Source of the DNA: Candidatus Eiseniibacteriota bacterium
GTDB taxonomy: Bacteria; Patescibacteriota; Microgenomatia; Levybacterales; UBA12049
Assembly (NCBI GenBank): GCA_035631115.1
Contig: DASQJJ010000006.1
Coordinates: 11,551-75,550 of the forward strand
Reading direction: 5' to 3'
DNA: 64,000 nt
Shown here: in pieces, positions 47,129-55,471 of the stretch
Position numbering within the stretch: position 1 is the stretch's first letter
How the letters are laid out: each line of letters begins with the position of its first letter
Program-made: the position numbers and the translations under genes
The notes under the pieces: generated by a model
Database searches by the model: none
The model's input: the letters and a program-made list of their open reading frames with translations, nothing else
Told to the model about the DNA's origin: nothing

Positions 47129-48093
47129 AGGTTTTCTTTGCTATAAAACTCCCACGCAGTCTTAACAATTGTCTCCAAATCTGAATGTTGGGGATTCCAT
47201 CCCATTACTTCTTTTGCCTTACTATTATCTGCAAGAAGCACTGCAGGATCCCCTGGTCTTCTGTGCTCTTGTATCATGTCTATATTGAGACCGGTTATTT
47301 TTTTTACCATTTCTACTACCTCTTTGTTGGAATATCCTTTATTCGTACCGAGATTAAATGCATTTGATGCATTAGATTTCTCAAGGTACTCAATTGCCAG
47401 GATATGAGCAGTTGCTAAATCTTCTACATGGATATAATCTCGTACACACGTCCCATCTTTTGTTGGATAGTCTGTGCCAAAGAGAGAAAATGGCTTTCCT
47501 TCCTGTGCTTTTTTTATTGCAACAGGAATAATATGCGTCTCTGGCATATGATTTTCCCCAATACTACCATCCAGGGATGCTCCTGCTGCATTGAAATAGC
47601 GAAGAGCAATGAATTTTATGTCTAATATTCTGTCGTACCATTCTAAGATTGTCTCAAACATTAACTTTGACTCTCCATACACATTTACAGGATTTTTTTT
47701 GTCGTCTTCTTTAATAGGCGTACTCTCTGGCATTCCAAAAATTGCAGCTGTGGAGGAGAAAACAATGTGTTTGATATTTCTTTTCTTCATATATTCAAGG
47801 AGATTAAGTCCGCCTTGCAAGTTGTTTTGGAAGTACTTGGCAGGGTCTTTCATGGACTCTGCCACGCTTAGGTGAGCTGCAAAATGAATAACACCATCAA
47901 AATCGTACGAATCCAGCTGAGACAAATCCTCAGGATGCAAGAGATCTCCTACAATTAGAGGACAGGAAACGACTTCTTTATGTCCTTGGATAAGATTGTC
48001 AAAAACAACTACCTCCATCCCCTTTTCAAGAAGTCTTTTTACCGTAACGCTTCCTATATATCCTGCACCGCCTGTTACTAGTATCTTTTTCAT
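47125..48093 (-). CDS. galE: UDP-glucose 4-epimerase
   Basis: MKKILVTGGAGYIGSVTVKRLLEKGMEVVVFDNL...YGESKLMFETIL (YxxxK) and C-terminal GalE-like region DYPTKDGTCVRDYIHVEDLA. Confidence 0.8.
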   Translation of the reverse strand: MKKILVTGGAGYIGSVTVKRLLEKGMEVVVFDNLIQGHKEVVSCPLIVGDLLHPEDLSQLDSYDFDGVIHFAAHLSVAESMKDPAKYFQNNLQGGLNLLEYMKKRNIKHIVFSSTAAIFGMPESTPIKEDDKKNPVNVYGESKLMFETILEWYDRILDIKFIALRYFNAAGASLDGSIGENHMPETHIIPVAIKKAQEGKPFSLFGTDYPTKDGTCVRDYIHVEDLATAHILAIEYLEKSNASNAFNLGTNKGYSNKEVVEMVKKITGLNIDMIQEHRRPGDPAVLLADNSKAKEVMGWNPQHSDLETIVKTAWEFYSKENL

Positions 48094-48851
48094 GATTTTT
48101 TTAGGTATTTTTTATAACTAACAGCAAATCGAATAGACGAAAAGAAGGAAAAAATAACTCCCTGCCATCCATCAAGTATTGCTTTGTGTCGTATTGTTGT
48201 CCAGAAAAACCAAAAAATAGGTTTTCCTACCATATATTCTAGCATAGTAACAGGATCTTTGGATAAATTTTTGTCCTTGTACTGATTTGCGATAAAATCA
48301 GTATATCGATTAAATCGAAGCAAATACCTTTTAAATGACGGGTCTGCAATATGAATAAGTGGCTCGCGCAGATATCCTGTTTTGCCATTAACAACAGCTT
48401 GCTCATGCACGTCCTTTTGCGGCAGTTTTCCCAACCCATTCTTATACAGGCGTAGCGTGTAATCTGGATACACTCCACCTTTCATAAGAAATCTTCCCAA
48501 AAACCAATTCTTTCGAGGAATCCAATACCCTACCATGTCTGAATTCTCAATTTTTTCTCCAATTTCTTTTGCAAGCTGAGGTGTTACGCGTTCGTCTGCA
48601 TCAAGTTGCAAAATCCAATCTTTTGTTGCCATATCTATTGCCTTTTGCTTATTAACATGAAACATTGGATTATTCTCGGTAATTGTTACTTTTGCCCCGA
48701 ATTTTTTTGCAATTTCAACGGTATTATCCGTAGATGATCCGTCAACGATAATTATTTCGTCTGCAAAATTTTGTACTGATTCAAGACAATCAGACAAATT
48801 CTTTTCTTCGTTAAATGTGGCAAGTACTACAGAGACTGTTTGTTTTTTCAT
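48090..48851 (-). CDS. GT2 glycosyltransferase (WaaE/KdtX-like)
   Basis: MKKQTVSVVLATFNEEKNLSDCLESV...DEIIIVDGSSTDNTVEIAKKFGAKV...WILQLDADERV...GVYPDYTLRLYKN...VHE; the ORF-track start at 49064 overlaps the upstream gene, and Met72 (ATG 48851..48849) follows that gene's stop directly. Confidence 0.7.
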   Translation of the reverse strand: MKKQTVSVVLATFNEEKNLSDCLESVQNFADEIIIVDGSSTDNTVEIAKKFGAKVTITENNPMFHVNKQKAIDMATKDWILQLDADERVTPQLAKEIGEKIENSDMVGYWIPRKNWFLGRFLMKGGVYPDYTLRLYKNGLGKLPQKDVHEQAVVNGKTGYLREPLIHIADPSFKRYLLRFNRYTDFIANQYKDKNLSKDPVTMLEYMVGKPIFWFFWTTIRHKAILDGWQGVIFSFFSSIRFAVSYKKYLKKS

Positions 48852-48853
48852 AT

Positions 48854-50494
48854 TTACTTGGAAAATCTTTTTAATAGAAACAAAAACAATAATCCACCAA
48901 TACCAATAAGAGAAAGAATATCTCCAAACAACCGAAATTTGGACTCCTGATAAGCTACAGATACCGTGTGTGTCCCATCTGGAACAAGAAATGTCATTAG
49001 TCCTCGATACATTGGGTCCTGAAACTCTACGCCAACTTGTTTTCCATCCACTGTTACCCTCCACCCAGGAAAATACAATGTATTTTCTAAAAGTCTACTT
49101 TCTCCCTGAGAGGAAACAATGTAGGAATGCATTGTGACAAAACGTTTCTCTTGTGTGACGAGTGCATTCCCTGATATTGGCTCTAAGGGCTTGTCAAATC
49201 TTCCTAGCATAAATCGCACAGACCATACTGGAGCACTTTCTCCTGTATCTGTTGTGCTATTGTATATACCTGTAAAAAATGATTCAGGCTTTTCTGCATA
49301 AGATTTTGCATGAAAATACTCTCTACTTAAGAAGAGCAGAATACAACAGAGAGATACTACAACAACATATTTTTTTACTCCGGATATTTGTGCTACACAA
49401 AATCCTCCAAGAAGAGAAATAGTAACAACTGGAACCGCCAAAAATCTCCATGGAAATTGAAAGTTTTGCAGGAGCATTACTTTTTGCCAAATAAATTGAG
49501 CATATGGAAGCATAAGAAAAATTGCTGCAGCAGTATATAGAATAAGCCCTCCGAGAAAAACTCTTTTTACTTTTTCTTTTTTCCAAAACCTGAGTAGCAA
49601 TACTATACTTGCAACAAGTACAATCCAGTACACAATGCCAAGTTGCATGCTTGGCGTACCATAGCTCCATTTCCCATAGAAAAGCTGCGAAAAATCAACA
49701 AATCTACTTGCGTATTCTCCTTTTGTTACAATATTCCGAAGTGTATATTGACCTTCTAGAAGAGCCGGAACCCAGAAGAAACTGCTCAAAAGAAATCCAA
49801 AAAAAATACTACCAAATAACCATATCATTGTTTTTCTTTTCCACGTATCAAGCCAGATGAGATAAAGCATATATATAATTAGTAAGGGCGTTACCATAAG
49901 GGCAATTGCATTATGAGACAAAATAAGTAGCGCTACGGAAATCGATGCAAAGATGAATCTAGATAGCGTCTTCTTTTCAAAAACAAGATACATTCCCAGT
50001 AGAGCAAGTGGAATAAAGACAAAAGCAACATGCTCACCAATATCTCCGCGTACGTATAAATCAACAAAACGATAGGGTGCGTACATATATAATATTCCCG
50101 AAACAATACCAGATGTGTATCCCCATTGTTTTTGGGCAAACAGATACATTCCTACGCCAGATGCAATCATTGCGATTGCAAAGACAAGCTTTGTGCTTTC
50201 CACAAATGAAAACCCAAAGAAATGGAGGAGGGACGCAACATATGAAGGGAATGGATACAAGAATTCAAGAATGGGATGCCCATATCCCCAATTTAAATTT
50301 TCTGCCCATCTGGGGATAAGTATTCCTTCAGATAAATTCTGATAAAAATTTGCTATTCTGGCAATGTGATCCTGCCCATCATGGGTAACAGCAAATCCTG
50401 GATGCAATAAGTCCACAATAGCAAGTAGTCCAAAAAGCAAAACTATTAGTACAGATATTCTTGAAATCATATGTATTACTCCCTTATTGTCCAT
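48854..50494 (-). CDS. YfhO-like polytopic membrane glycosyltransferase candidate
   Basis: 546 aa; N-terminal DGQDHIARIANFYQNLSEGILIPRWAENLNWGYGHPILEFLYPFPSY; C-terminal LYFPGWRVTVDGKQVGVEFQDPMYRGLMTFLVPDGTHTVSVAYQ then TM anchor. Confidence 0.55.
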   Translation of the reverse strand: MDNKGVIHMISRISVLIVLLFGLLAIVDLLHPGFAVTHDGQDHIARIANFYQNLSEGILIPRWAENLNWGYGHPILEFLYPFPSYVASLLHFFGFSFVESTKLVFAIAMIASGVGMYLFAQKQWGYTSGIVSGILYMYAPYRFVDLYVRGDIGEHVAFVFIPLALLGMYLVFEKKTLSRFIFASISVALLILSHNAIALMVTPLLIIYMLYLIWLDTWKRKTMIWLFGSIFFGFLLSSFFWVPALLEGQYTLRNIVTKGEYASRFVDFSQLFYGKWSYGTPSMQLGIVYWIVLVASIVLLLRFWKKEKVKRVFLGGLILYTAAAIFLMLPYAQFIWQKVMLLQNFQFPWRFLAVPVVTISLLGGFCVAQISGVKKYVVVVSLCCILLFLSREYFHAKSYAEKPESFFTGIYNSTTDTGESAPVWSVRFMLGRFDKPLEPISGNALVTQEKRFVTMHSYIVSSQGESRLLENTLYFPGWRVTVDGKQVGVEFQDPMYRGLMTFLVPDGTHTVSVAYQESKFRLFGDILSLIGIGGLLFLFLLKRFSK

Positions 50495-52119
50495 GCATAC
50501 AGTGATGGTTGTCCATCAAGACTATAAAAGACTTCCTTAATTATAGTATTTTTCCTTTTTGTATTGGTAACATACAATGTGTCTTTTTTTGTTGGATTGG
50601 GACCAATCATATGAAAGTATATGGTATCAATAACATGCGTTTCTTGAAATCCACCTGATTTTGTACCACCATTTTTTATGTACCTTGCTGGATCATACAT
50701 ACTATTAAAGAGGTAGAGCATATATGACTGATATCCATTATTTCTATTTGTTATGTCTACATATTGGTATGCGTTTTTTTCTTTTACAACATACGTCATT
50801 GCCTTACTTAACGCATACTGAAATGACTCTGATTGTCTTATGGGGAATACTACAAAATAGTTTACGATGAATTGATATAACCCACTCAGTACGACAACTG
50901 AGAAAAGCAGTACAAAACCAAAATATACTGGCCTGCTATGTTTTTGTAAAAATGACAAACTCATATTAATACCTAATGCAGTAATAATTTGAGGCACAGG
51001 AAGAAGCGTGTATGCTCTCATTGCGTGCGGAGCTTGTGTCGTAAGACCAGGTGCCAAAAAGTCTATCCCTGTCCATGCAAGAAGAAGTACGGTAACTTTC
51101 TTATTAATGCTTTTCGAAAGAAAAAGCAGGAAGATTCCTATGAAAAGAAATGGCGCCTCCCATACGTAAAGAAGTCCAGTATTAGGCGCTTTAAACTGCT
51201 CATCTCCAGAATTACCAAAAAGCCAAGGAAGACTAAAGTGAGAAAGATAGTTTTGAATGAAAATTTCCCCAGTGATAACTCTTCTATTATTAAGTATTTC
51301 ACCTATGTAGTTATTATGTTGCTTTGCATATAAGATATCTTTTGCTGATTGTGCGTACCGTGGATTATCGGTAAAAACTGATGTTCCTTTTAGACGGATA
51401 AGTCCACCTGGAGACAATGAAACAACAACCATTGGAATACTAATAAGTATGAATAATGCAAATCCTACAAGTGCATGTTTTTTTACTTCCAGAATATTTT
51501 TCCAAAAAAGAATAATAAGCACAAAAAGAATGCATGGAGTGAATACCTTTTCACTTTGATATCCGTAAAAGGTTAACCCAAAAAAAAGAAAAGATCCCAT
51601 GAGAGTCCATGGATTTTTACTCCTTAAAAAAGAGGTGAAAAGAAGGAGTGCTACTACAACTAAGGTTAATCCCAAATTTACTTCGTGACCAAGTCTTGAT
51701 AGATATATATGCCATGGGGAAATTGCTAAAAGAAACATAGCAAGCAGTGCAATGTATTCCTTTTTTTTGTGAGTTACTAAAAGATTCTTAGTAAGAAAAT
51801 ATGTCATAATAACTGTTGCAATAGACATAATTACAGAAGGAAGTCTTACAGACAGAACCTGAAGACCAAATATTTTTACGAAAGGAATTACCGTGTACAC
51901 ATACAATGCAGGTCTATAATCATCATATGCACGAAGAAGTATGGGCAGGAAGTATCCATACTCATCTCTTCCAGTATGGAGAATTGAGTATGCATTCCAA
52001 CCAATAGTCGCTTCATCTAGAGATGCGCTCGGCGGAATTAATGACAGAAATGAAAATCGAAGAGCAATTGCCAAAAGTATAATAAAAACAAAAAGTATTT
52101 TTCTTACCATATTACTCAC
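50476..52119 (-). CDS. GT-C fold membrane glycosyltransferase (PMT_2/ArnT-like), tandem paralog 1 of 3
   Basis: 547 aa; SLDEATIGWNAYSILHTGRDEYGYFLPILLRAYDDYRPALYVY first-loop motif. Confidence 0.6.
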   Translation of the reverse strand: MSNMVRKILFVFIILLAIALRFSFLSLIPPSASLDEATIGWNAYSILHTGRDEYGYFLPILLRAYDDYRPALYVYTVIPFVKIFGLQVLSVRLPSVIMSIATVIMTYFLTKNLLVTHKKKEYIALLAMFLLAISPWHIYLSRLGHEVNLGLTLVVVALLLFTSFLRSKNPWTLMGSFLFFGLTFYGYQSEKVFTPCILFVLIILFWKNILEVKKHALVGFALFILISIPMVVVSLSPGGLIRLKGTSVFTDNPRYAQSAKDILYAKQHNNYIGEILNNRRVITGEIFIQNYLSHFSLPWLFGNSGDEQFKAPNTGLLYVWEAPFLFIGIFLLFLSKSINKKVTVLLLAWTGIDFLAPGLTTQAPHAMRAYTLLPVPQIITALGINMSLSFLQKHSRPVYFGFVLLFSVVVLSGLYQFIVNYFVVFPIRQSESFQYALSKAMTYVVKEKNAYQYVDITNRNNGYQSYMLYLFNSMYDPARYIKNGGTKSGGFQETHVIDTIYFHMIGPNPTKKDTLYVTNTKRKNTIIKEVFYSLDGQPSLYAWTIRE

Positions 52120-53788
52120 CTCTTACAATTTCTATAGCTCCCTCATTGTTAAGGTACTCTATCCTCTTAAGTGCTGTAGTACTCTCCGAAAAATCACTTG
52201 GTCTACCAACATAAAGAATATTTGAATCTTTCTTTTCGTCTTTCCAGTTGATTGGGCGGAATTCATATTTTCCGAAAGAGTGATTTTCTCGAAATCCGCC
52301 AGATGCAAAGCGTGTTTCTTTTTGATATAAGTTTGGGTCATAACGCAAGTAAAATAAGAAAAACATGTACGACTGATCTAGTGGTGGCTGATTGGAAACA
52401 ATAACGTGCTTAGCAGGTAATTTCGAAATAGTTGCTATTGCTTCCTGATACCCATACTGCCAATCTAGCGAATTATAGTAATTTTGTTGAACAAAATATT
52501 GGTCCAGGAAATATATAAAATTAAAAAGAAAAATGCAAAATGAAAAAAGAATGACTAAATATTTAATTTGTATTTTTGCTATGTGGTATGTACTTCTTAG
52601 TAACTTTTCAAAAACAGTAAAGACTCCAAATGCGATAAATATTTGGAAAGTGGGAAGAAAATTAAGAGTTCGTACCGCATGAGGAACTCCTGTTGTAACT
52701 GATGCAGGAAGTGGAGCAAGTAAAAACCACCCAAATATAAAAATCTTTGTGTTAAGGGAATATTTTGAAAAAAGAAAACAATATATACCAATAAGCAGAA
52801 ATGGTAATTCCCAAAGATACAACAATCCCATAAATGGTGCGTGGTGTCTACTCACATCCCCATTAAGAAAAAGCCACCGCAGGTCAAAATGCGTTAGGTA
52901 ATTTGCAATAATCTCCTTTCCATATATAACGCGCCTATTATCAATGAGTAGGCCTACATAATCATGATTCTCTTTGTCTTGTCTGACTCTCAGGCTTGTT
53001 TGTGTCGAATTGCTCGTATCGGAAAATACAGAAACACCTTTTGCACGGGCCAGCGCATTGGTATTAGTTGCTAAATAAAATCCTAATGGCATAACAAGAA
53101 TAAGTCCAACAAGAATAGAAGAGAAAAGATACTTTTTTGAAACCTTCTTTATATTGTTAAAAGAAATAAAAATAAGAAGGCAGACGAAAAGTGGAACAAA
53201 AACTTTTTCACTTTGATATACATATAACGACGCGACAAAAGCAATTACGGACAAAGGCAATAGGTAGTACTTCTGCATTCCTTTGAGAAAAAAATATGCT
53301 CCAATAATATTAAGAGATAAACCAACATTAGATTCAAATCCAATTCTTGAAAATTGTATATGCCAGGGTGAAAGCGCTAAGAGAAGCGCAATAAGGAAAG
53401 ATAATTTATTATTATGGAATAGGTCCCTGCATAAAAAATAAACAACAACCACAGTTGTTATACCAAAAAGAATTGACGGCATTCTCACCGCCTCTATACT
53501 GAGTCCAAAAATAAAAAGGGATGGAATAATAAGATAGCTATAGAGCGCGGGTTTGTAATCATCAAATGATCGAAGCACTATTGGCATAAATTGACCATAT
53601 TCGTCTCTTCCCGTGTGCAAAATAGAGTAAGCATTGTATCCCAGGGCTGCTTCATCCCAATCTGGCGAAGGAGGCACATGCCCAACCAGAAATAGACGCA
53701 GAGCAGAAGTTACAATAATTAAAAGTATTACGAGAAAATATGTTTTTGTTATTTGAAATTTGAAATTTGAAATTTGAAATTTTTTCAT
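52112..53788 (-). CDS. GT-C fold membrane glycosyltransferase (PMT_2/ArnT-like), tandem paralog 2 of 3; 5-prime heptamer repeat tract
   Basis: 558 aa; DWDEAALGYNAYSILHTGRDEYGQFMPIVLRSFDDYKPALYSY; N-terminal extension MKKFQISNFKFQITK encoded by (ATTTGAA)x4 at 53751..53778. Confidence 0.6.
   Translation of the reverse strand: MKKFQISNFKFQITKTYFLVILLIIVTSALRLFLVGHVPPSPDWDEAALGYNAYSILHTGRDEYGQFMPIVLRSFDDYKPALYSYLIIPSLFIFGLSIEAVRMPSILFGITTVVVVYFLCRDLFHNNKLSFLIALLLALSPWHIQFSRIGFESNVGLSLNIIGAYFFLKGMQKYYLLPLSVIAFVASLYVYQSEKVFVPLFVCLLIFISFNNIKKVSKKYLFSSILVGLILVMPLGFYLATNTNALARAKGVSVFSDTSNSTQTSLRVRQDKENHDYVGLLIDNRRVIYGKEIIANYLTHFDLRWLFLNGDVSRHHAPFMGLLYLWELPFLLIGIYCFLFSKYSLNTKIFIFGWFLLAPLPASVTTGVPHAVRTLNFLPTFQIFIAFGVFTVFEKLLRSTYHIAKIQIKYLVILFSFCIFLFNFIYFLDQYFVQQNYYNSLDWQYGYQEAIATISKLPAKHVIVSNQPPLDQSYMFFLFYLRYDPNLYQKETRFASGGFRENHSFGKYEFRPINWKDEKKDSNILYVGRPSDFSESTTALKRIEYLNNEGAIEIVRGE
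53751..53778. repeat. perfect heptanucleotide tract (ATTTGAA)x4 followed by ATTTTTT, inside codons 4-13 of CDS 52112..53788
   Basis: read directly: atttgaa atttgaa atttgaa atttgaa attttttcat(ATG on minus strand at 53788..53786). Confidence 0.9.
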
Positions 53789-55392
53789 AGTGTATATGCA
53801 ACCAGCGATGGTTGACCATTTTGTAAAAGAAATTTCTTAAGGACAATTGCATGCTCTGGTAATTCAGATGGGCTAACAATGTACAGCGTATTCTTCATTG
53901 CAACAATCTCTTTAGGAAAATTGTATTTCCCTACTTTCTCAACATTCACAAATCCAAATGCATCTCTTGTTATTGTACTTGTCGCTCTAAATGTAGTGGG
54001 ATTAATTTTTTCATAGAAAAGAGTATACATGTATGGTCTGCCAAGTGCAGAAGTAAAAACCACGTGTGCATACTCGTTGTCGTGTGTTTTTGCATAGAGT
54101 AGTGCATCTTTATATCCATCTTGCCATTCTCCAGAAAATTCTCTCGAATAATGAGCATAATATCCATGAAGGAAGTAAAAAACAGACAGGGTAAATAATC
54201 CTAAAAATACAGATAACACAATCTTTCTCTGTTTTTTAAAGAAAAAGGATATTTCGACAAGCCCAACTGCACTTAGTATTTGCCAAGTAGGCAAAGCTCC
54301 TTCTGTACGCAAGGCATGTGGCGTCTCCCTAGCAACACCTGCGGGAATAATTGCCAAGAGTAACCAAACAGGAACAATCCACCAGTAATCAATTCTTTTT
54401 CGAAAAAGAAATAAAATACTCACAATAAGTAGTGGTATATCAAGAAGATACAACTGCCCAACATCTCGTGTTGAAAATTTTGGATTTCCATCTCCTGAGA
54501 TAAAGAGAAATGAAGGGTTAAGATTGTCTAAATAGTGTTGTATGTATGCAATACTATAAATAAGCCTTCTATTGTGAATTACTTTTGACCACACTGCATT
54601 TTTATCATTGGCAATTTCCTGATTGGACTGTTTTACAAGTCCAACATCAGAAAAAATATTTACCTCGTTATATCGAAGCTTTGACTGGGGAGAAAGAAAA
54701 AAATGTATGGCAGGTATAAGGAGGATTACACCAATAAGGCTAGCAATACCAACGAGTTTTTTATAATGCAAGATTTGCTTCCAAAATGAAAAGGCAAGAA
54801 GCATTACTAAAAGTGGCGCAACAATACGGGCACTATTGAATGTATACATTGAGAGTATAAAAGATGTTAAAGAAAGAAAAAGAAAAATTGATTTTTTATC
54901 TTGTATCCAAGACACATAAAGCCAGACGCCTACTGCAATAAAAAATGTTGCTATATTTGCCTCAAAGGCGGCCCGAGAAAGCATAATATGCCAAGGAGAT
55001 ACAGCAAGAAATAAGCTTGCCGCAAGACCATACCACTCCTTCTTACTAGATGAAAAGAAAATACGTTTTGTAAGGAAATATGTTACCAATACCATGAGAG
55101 TCCCAAAAAAAGCAGAGGAAAAGCGTGTAGCAAATTCAGTTAATCCAAATACTTTTATTGGAAGTACTTCTAGATATGCATAGATTGGAGGCTTATAGTC
55201 ACCATATGATTCAAGATAATCTAAAGGAAGAAATCGTCCAAACTCATCTTTTCCATCAATTCCTAACGAATATGCATTGTACCCCCAAGCAACCTCGTCC
55301 CATGTGAGTGATGGCGGGAGAGTGCTAAGCTGCCAAAATCTTAAAAAACCCGCTAGAAGCACTATCCCAATAAGTAAGATTGTAGTCTTCAC
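53785..55392 (-). CDS. GT-C fold membrane glycosyltransferase (PMT_2/ArnT-like), tandem paralog 3 of 3
   Basis: 535 aa; LTWDEVAWGYNAYSLGIDGKDEFGRFLPLDYLESYGDYKPPIYAY. Confidence 0.6.
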   Translation of the reverse strand: MKTTILLIGIVLLAGFLRFWQLSTLPPSLTWDEVAWGYNAYSLGIDGKDEFGRFLPLDYLESYGDYKPPIYAYLEVLPIKVFGLTEFATRFSSAFFGTLMVLVTYFLTKRIFFSSSKKEWYGLAASLFLAVSPWHIMLSRAAFEANIATFFIAVGVWLYVSWIQDKKSIFLFLSLTSFILSMYTFNSARIVAPLLVMLLAFSFWKQILHYKKLVGIASLIGVILLIPAIHFFLSPQSKLRYNEVNIFSDVGLVKQSNQEIANDKNAVWSKVIHNRRLIYSIAYIQHYLDNLNPSFLFISGDGNPKFSTRDVGQLYLLDIPLLIVSILFLFRKRIDYWWIVPVWLLLAIIPAGVARETPHALRTEGALPTWQILSAVGLVEISFFFKKQRKIVLSVFLGLFTLSVFYFLHGYYAHYSREFSGEWQDGYKDALLYAKTHDNEYAHVVFTSALGRPYMYTLFYEKINPTTFRATSTITRDAFGFVNVEKVGKYNFPKEIVAMKNTLYIVSPSELPEHAIVLKKFLLQNGQPSLVAYTL

Positions 55393-55471
55393 TATCCTTT
55401 TATTATAGCGTAAGATATACTATTGGAAAGTGTTTCTTTTTAAGAAAAACTATATGCTCTGAGAGGAGTCC
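55393..55471. promoter_or_regulatory. divergent intergenic region between the GT-C triplet operon (minus) and the 55472..57406 GT-C gene (plus)
   Basis: 79-bp AT-rich gap between divergent starts with tatact/tatagc -10-like hexamers. Confidence 0.3.

Noticed and set aside
48852-49064. Long N-terminal extension of the GT2 ORF (annotated start 49064) overlapping the 3-prime end of the upstream YfhO-like gene by ~210 bp
   Set aside because: The extension (MEGNSGWKTSWRRVSG...) has no GT-A features. An internal Met (MKKQTVSVVLATF, ATG at 48851..48849) follows the upstream stop directly and begins the conserved GT2 N-terminus. Similar over-extended starts were discounted at 31922 (real start probably 31826/31810), 61123 (61051), 5543 (~5492), 6658 (~6628), 24983 (~24947) and 29554 (~29512).
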